Assembly: GCA_041674745.1 (NCBI GenBank)
Contig: JBAYVD010000011.1
Span: 62,216-126,215, forward strand
Length of the DNA stretch: 64,000 bases
Reading direction: 5' to 3'
Source of the DNA: Crocinitomicaceae bacterium
Lineage (GTDB): Bacteria > Bacteroidota > Bacteroidia > Flavobacteriales_D > Crocinitomicaceae
Every line of letters starts with the position of its first letter. Within the stretch, counting starts at the first letter, position 1. The position numbers were made by a program, and so were the translations under genes. The notes under the pieces are model-generated. The model was not told the origin of the DNA and ran no database searches. It saw only the letters and a program-made list of their open reading frames with translations. This document shows, piece by piece, positions 60,074 through 64,000 of the stretch.

Positions 60074-60301
60074 ATGTCTTATCCAAATCACGATTCAAAC
60101 TGGGGCTTGAATGACCAAACAAGCTTTACTACACAAGTAAAAAAGAGTAAACAAATAAGAAACAAGAAGAATAGTTTCTTGAGGCTCTTGCCGAAGGTGG
60201 ATTCCAAGTGGGACCACGATAAAGCCTCCAAAATGGACCTTAATTACGCAAGGCTCAAATTAGGGGAAAATGAAAAAAAGATTAAAGAAAAATTTCTTTA
60301 A
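60074..60301 (+). CDS. Hypothetical small basic protein (75 aa), uncertain
   Basis: Lys-rich ORF that ends 8 nt before a terminator-like hairpin. No homology recognised, and it may not be translated. Confidence 0.3.
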   Translation: MSYPNHDSNWGLNDQTSFTTQVKKSKQIRNKKNSFLRLLPKVDSKWDHDKASKMDLNYARLKLGENEKKIKEKFL

Positions 60302-60308
60302 AAATTGG

Positions 60309-60336
60309 AGAGAGTCATGAAATTGGCTCTCTTTTT
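60309..60336 (+). terminator. Terminator-like hairpin
   Basis: AGAGAGTC-N8-GGCTCTCT followed by T4. It lies inside the 5' extension of the Abi ORF as drawn in the track. Confidence 0.45.
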
Positions 60337-60421
60337 AGTTATTAAAAATGCATATTTCATATGTTGGTTTTCTTTATTATTCAATGAAAAGTATATTTGT
60401 AAAAAAACCAGAAATATCTCT

Positions 60422-61429
60422 ATGTCTGAATTCAAAAAGAATAAACCTTCAAGAACTCCTAATCAATTAATAGCCAAGCTTAAGGAGAGAGGATTAACAA
60501 TCAACGATGAACTTGAAGCAACAATCGCTATCCGTACTTATGGATATTTTAGATTATCTGGATATTTTGGACCTTTACAAAGCTCTAAAGACACCTTTTA
60601 CCCTGGTACCACATTTAAAGATATATTAAGATTGTATCATTTTGATAGAAAACTAAGGAGAATAACTTCCCAAGCCCTGAAATCTATCGAGGTTTCAATC
60701 AAATCCCACTTAACCAACATAATGTCAGATGAATATGAAAGTGATTGGTATGAGAACGAAGAAATTTTCATGACTGAGAAAAAGAAACGAATATACATTA
60801 TTAAGCATCGTTGTGAGAAGGATGAAATTATTGATTATCAGCAAGAAGTAGATATTGGCATGTACAGCCTGCTCAAATCAAGTATAGCAAATTATATTGA
60901 CAGAAATTCAGAATCTGATTTCATTAAAAAATTTAAAAAAGCCTACGGTTCAGATTCTACTGTTCCTTCATGGATGATGATGGAATGTATTTCGTTTGGA
61001 GAGTTGAGTAGACTTTATTCATTAATTAAACCAAGCACAACTGAAACAAGAACAATTGCAAAATATTTTGGAGCACTTACAGCTGATAATTTTACATCCT
61101 GGTTGTATGGTTTTGTAGTTTTACGAAATGCATGTGCCCACCATGCAAGAATATGGAACAGGATGACTATATTGGATTTAAAATTTCCTCATAAAAAAGA
61201 ATACAAATTCATATCAATAGATGAAACAAAATACAAAAGTAAGTTTTATGGTATTTCGGCCTGCATATTAAAATGTTTGTCAAAAATATCCCATGAAGAA
61301 TATGAAACGTTCAAAACAGAGTTTTATAACTTGACTGAAGAACATGGAATTGTTCTGTCTGCTATGGGCTTTCCAACTACTCTAGAGCCCCATGATATAT
61401 GGAAAAAAATGGAAATAGAAACTATTTAA
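60422..61429 (+). CDS. Abi_2 (AbiD/AbiF-like) abortive-infection family protein
   Basis: YGYFRLSGYF, LY.FDR.LR, FGELS.LY and LRNACAHHARIWNR, the family's R..xxAHH motif. Start set at MSEFKKNK (60422), downstream of the hairpin. Confidence 0.8.
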   Translation: MSEFKKNKPSRTPNQLIAKLKERGLTINDELEATIAIRTYGYFRLSGYFGPLQSSKDTFYPGTTFKDILRLYHFDRKLRRITSQALKSIEVSIKSHLTNIMSDEYESDWYENEEIFMTEKKKRIYIIKHRCEKDEIIDYQQEVDIGMYSLLKSSIANYIDRNSESDFIKKFKKAYGSDSTVPSWMMMECISFGELSRLYSLIKPSTTETRTIAKYFGALTADNFTSWLYGFVVLRNACAHHARIWNRMTILDLKFPHKKEYKFISIDETKYKSKFYGISACILKCLSKISHEEYETFKTEFYNLTEEHGIVLSAMGFPTTLEPHDIWKKMEIETI

Positions 61430-61432
61430 AAT

Positions 61433-61500
61433 AAAGAAGCCTCTCGGTTTGAGCGATTCTCTTCGTTAAAAGAGTCTAAGCTTGAGAGGCATTATTAATA
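61433..61500. repeat. Hairpin repeat, copy 1 (probable minus-strand terminator)
   Basis: Shared arms AAAGAAGCCTCTCGGTTTGAGCG ... CTTGAGAGGCATTATTAAT with outer stem GCCTCTC/GAGAGGC and inner stem CTCTT/AAGAG. Confidence 0.6.
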
Positions 61501-61551
61501 CAAATGTATAAACTATTGGCCAATAAATCAAATTATGAAAAATTAATTTAA

Positions 61552-61618
61552 AAAGAAGCCTCTCGGTTTGAGCGGTTCAATGTATTTCAGAACCTATACT
61601 TGAGAGGCATTATTAATC
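61552..61618. repeat. Hairpin repeat, copy 2 (probable minus-strand terminator)
   Basis: Same outer arms as copy 1. The core differs but is again self-complementary (GGTTC/GAACC). On the minus strand the hairpin is followed by TTCTTTTT. Confidence 0.6.
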
Positions 61619-61741
61619 ATAAATAGATTAAAAAATAAAAATATTCTTTCAAATCTCAGAATAAAAACCCCTATAATTTAGTTAATTCAAGAGAATTCAT
61701 AAGGTCGGTTTCATCTTGCAACATGAACTCTATTAAGTCAA

Positions 61742-62620
61742 TTAGATTATACATTGGAGTCCAAGGTCCACATGAGGCAAGCTACATTTTTCAGGAAGTT
61801 TCAAACTGTCATCAAAAATAAAAACTTCTTTTCCTTTTTGGACAGTAGCTGCGCTGTACTGTAAGTCATATATGAAATGTCTTCTGTCAGTATATAACTC
61901 CAAAATTTCAGGAACTCCATCATAAGATAATACCCATGGGTGATTTATTCTATTTTGAATGGCAATCGCCAAATCTGCATGGTCATTCTTCTTATAGGAA
62001 TTCAAATAAAGTTCACTTGCCTTATTGTAATATGGAGGGTCGAGATAAACCAACGTATTATTGTCTAAATTAGGAATGTAATTATCAATAAAAGTCTCTC
62101 CGTCAAGATTACTTATATGGATATTGTCTTTAAAAAGACTTATTAATTCAATTCGCTGAATGAGGTCATTTCTATTGAAACGAGCATCCATTTTATAATT
62201 ACCAGTCTGATTTAATCCCCCAATTACACCAGCAGAAAGTACGCCAGACCTATTAACTCTATTTAAGTAAAAGATACTAAAACCCAGGTCAAATAAATCA
62301 TGTTGAGTTGGATTACGAACGATTTGTTGCTGTCTCCTCCATTCTTCAATAGTCATTGATGCGCTAAATATTTTACGACAGAGTTTTTCTGGATGATTTA
62401 TAATTGAGTGCCAAAAAGCATAAATCCCAAGGTGAGAATCGTTCAAGTGAACGTTAGATATTTTCTTTTTAATTAATAGTTCCATTGCTACTCCCGCACC
62501 ACCTGCAAAAGGCTCGACATAGTGACCAGTAATTGAGTTAGCTTCAAGAATTTCGTCTATGAATGGAGTTAATCTTTGTTTGCCACCTGGGTATCTTAAA
62601 GGTGTTATGAATCGTCCCAT
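61742..62620 (-). CDS. Dam-class (D12) N6-adenine DNA methyltransferase
   Basis: PLRYPGGKQRL, EPFAGGAGV (motif I), FYLNR..RSG and YLDPPY (motif IV). 292 aa. Confidence 0.88.
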   Translation of the reverse strand: MGRFITPLRYPGGKQRLTPFIDEILEANSITGHYVEPFAGGAGVAMELLIKKKISNVHLNDSHLGIYAFWHSIINHPEKLCRKIFSASMTIEEWRRQQQIVRNPTQHDLFDLGFSIFYLNRVNRSGVLSAGVIGGLNQTGNYKMDARFNRNDLIQRIELISLFKDNIHISNLDGETFIDNYIPNLDNNTLVYLDPPYYNKASELYLNSYKKNDHADLAIAIQNRINHPWVLSYDGVPEILELYTDRRHFIYDLQYSAATVQKGKEVFIFDDSLKLPEKCSLPHVDLGLQCII

Positions 62621-62627
62621 ATTTTAA

Positions 62628-63986
62628 TTAATTCATTGCTTGAAGCAAAGGGTATATATTACTAAATAATGTACAAATGTCAGAAGGAATGATTGAGAAA
62701 GATGGGTTATGGACCAACTGATTCATTGAAGTTACCGAGAGTATTTTATTTGGATTTGTTATTTCAACATGTGCACCGTGCAAGACCCTCGTCATTGGTA
62801 AATTTTTCTTATTTGCTGTCAAATGGTTGGTGGCATCAGTTAAAAGTTCTGAAAGAGTTTTTTCTTTACCATTAGGCTTTGTGGTAGATAACGAGTTGTC
62901 ATCACAATAAGCTTTTGCAGAAATTTCAAACGTGCTTCTAAGTAGAAAGCAAAAGGCTATAGGATTACTGCTCACTTTTAATTTAAGCATTTCATCCCTC
63001 AAAGTTACAACTTTAGGTCTATTCACAGTTGGAACAAACTGTTTTAAAAGAGAATTTACATGTTTTTGAGTATTTGTTGCAGCAGATTTAGGTGATGGAA
63101 CTGCAGCTGGAATAACTAGCGTTGGTGTTCCGTTTATTGGAGATGTTGTGGGAGATGGCTGGGGCACTGATGGATTAGTTGAATTTGTAGATACACTCGA
63201 TTGAGGGGATGGTCCTGACGAACTAGTCGGATTAGTTTCAGGCTGTGAAGGTGCAACTGCATCTGAAATAGTTATTGGCTCAAGAGGAGGAACTGGTGTA
63301 AATCCGCCAAAACCAACAGTAAAATCACTTTTTTCATCTCTTATTTGTTTAAACCCTAAATTTCCAAGGCCAATAGACAAAAGAATCTCTTCTAGTTTAT
63401 CTCTATCCGAAATATTTGGGTAAGCTTTAACAAGGTCAGTGGATGAATCACATTTAAAGCGAAAAAGCAATTTTGGTATTGTTGCATCAAGTACACTTAA
63501 ATTGTAATCACCAGCCCAACGTTCTTTTTGTTGAGCATTGATATTACGTCCATTCTCAATATATTTCTCAAGTAAATTCAACCCTTCCTCCTTAGCTTTA
63601 TTTATATCTCTATTATGTCTTGCTTTGGCAACTGAAGTCCATGGGTCTCTGCTAGCTTTATCTCCTTTACCATGCGTAAGCGCAACAATACGTTCGACCC
63701 TTTCTGATTCATTTTCTTCGTAAACTGAACACGGTACAGATTTGTTTCTGCTTTTCCAAGAATTATCAAGTGATAAAATTTTCGCTTTTGTAGATTCTGG
63801 AATTTGAAATTCATTAATTTTATGCAAGCCAAGAATCAATTTCATTGCTGCAATTCTGCGGTTTCCTTCTTTAACAATTATTTCTTTTCCTTGTTTCTGA
63901 CAGATAATATTCTCGGTCGGAATATATTCATCCTCTAAAAGACTGTCAATTATTCCTCCGAAACGATTTGGATTAACTGCAATCAT
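62628..63986 (-). CDS. ParB-N (ParB/Srx fold) domain protein with P/S/T-rich linker and uncharacterised C-terminal domain; 5' end possibly outside the window
   Basis: AVNPNRF...IIVKEGNRRIAAMKLILG resembles the ParB N-terminal box. Residues 231-307 or so are Pro/Ser/Thr-rich. I cannot assign the C-terminal 145 or so aa to any family. The reading frame stays open from 63986 to the window edge. The stop is 7 nt upstream of the Dam start. Confidence 0.6.
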   Translation of the reverse strand: MIAVNPNRFGGIIDSLLEDEYIPTENIICQKQGKEIIVKEGNRRIAAMKLILGLHKINEFQIPESTKAKILSLDNSWKSRNKSVPCSVYEENESERVERIVALTHGKGDKASRDPWTSVAKARHNRDINKAKEEGLNLLEKYIENGRNINAQQKERWAGDYNLSVLDATIPKLLFRFKCDSSTDLVKAYPNISDRDKLEEILLSIGLGNLGFKQIRDEKSDFTVGFGGFTPVPPLEPITISDAVAPSQPETNPTSSSGPSPQSSVSTNSTNPSVPQPSPTTSPINGTPTLVIPAAVPSPKSAATNTQKHVNSLLKQFVPTVNRPKVVTLRDEMLKLKVSSNPIAFCFLLRSTFEISAKAYCDDNSLSTTKPNGKEKTLSELLTDATNHLTANKKNLPMTRVLHGAHVEITNPNKILSVTSMNQLVHNPSFSIIPSDICTLFSNIYPLLQAMN

Positions 63987-64000
63987 AGCGTGAATGGCTC

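Noticed and set aside
60305-60421. N-terminal 39-codon extension of the Abi ORF as drawn in the ORF track
   Set aside because: The extension contains a terminator-like hairpin and a hydrophobic stretch unrelated to Abi_2. Family similarity begins after the ATG at 60422.
59813-64000. Calling the region a prophage or integrative element with defined ends
   Set aside because: No integrase, att duplication or phage structural gene is visible inside the window. Only the tRNA-proximal boundary can be proposed.

Overview
This 64-kb window looks like chromosomal DNA from a Bacteroidota (Flavobacteriia-like) genome. The signs are three type IX secretion (T9SS) cargo genes with type A or type B C-terminal sorting domains, a PorP/SprF gene, a short 289-aa primary sigma factor, and several intergenic TTG-N18/19-TAnnTTTG promoter motifs. 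All family calls come from motifs I recognise in the supplied translations; no database search was possible.

Most of the window is housekeeping: murA, sdaA, purL, lpdA, priA, rpoD, map, an aldehyde dehydrogenase with DUF779, and a MarR/nitroreductase/LLM redox cluster. It also holds four tRNA genes: Ser-GCT, Pro-TGG, Arg-TCT and Asp-GTC.

Four regions stand out:
- 29.9-31.3 kb: an HUH/Y1 (RAYT/IS200-like) transposase gene sits inside about 14 copies of a short hairpin repeat (CATCCCGATGGGATT). The copies are organised into 154-bp and about 137-bp higher-order units.
- 57.1-57.7 kb: tRNA-Arg plus a small GIY-YIG nuclease gene are bracketed by degenerate tRNA-Arg half-copies. Each half-copy carries a 14-nt GC palindrome. 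A 105-bp direct repeat also flanks the GIY-YIG gene.
- 37.7-38.9 kb: a NYN/LOTUS protein is translationally coupled to an unknown helical protein.
- 59.8 kb to the window end, my top candidate for something new: an AT-rich island directly downstream of tRNA-Asp. It carries an Abi_2-type abortive-infection gene and a tightly linked two-gene operon. That operon encodes a ParB-N-domain protein (P/S/T-rich linker, unrecognised C-terminal domain, ORF open at the window edge) and a Dam-class adenine methyltransferase, with no recognisable restriction enzyme.
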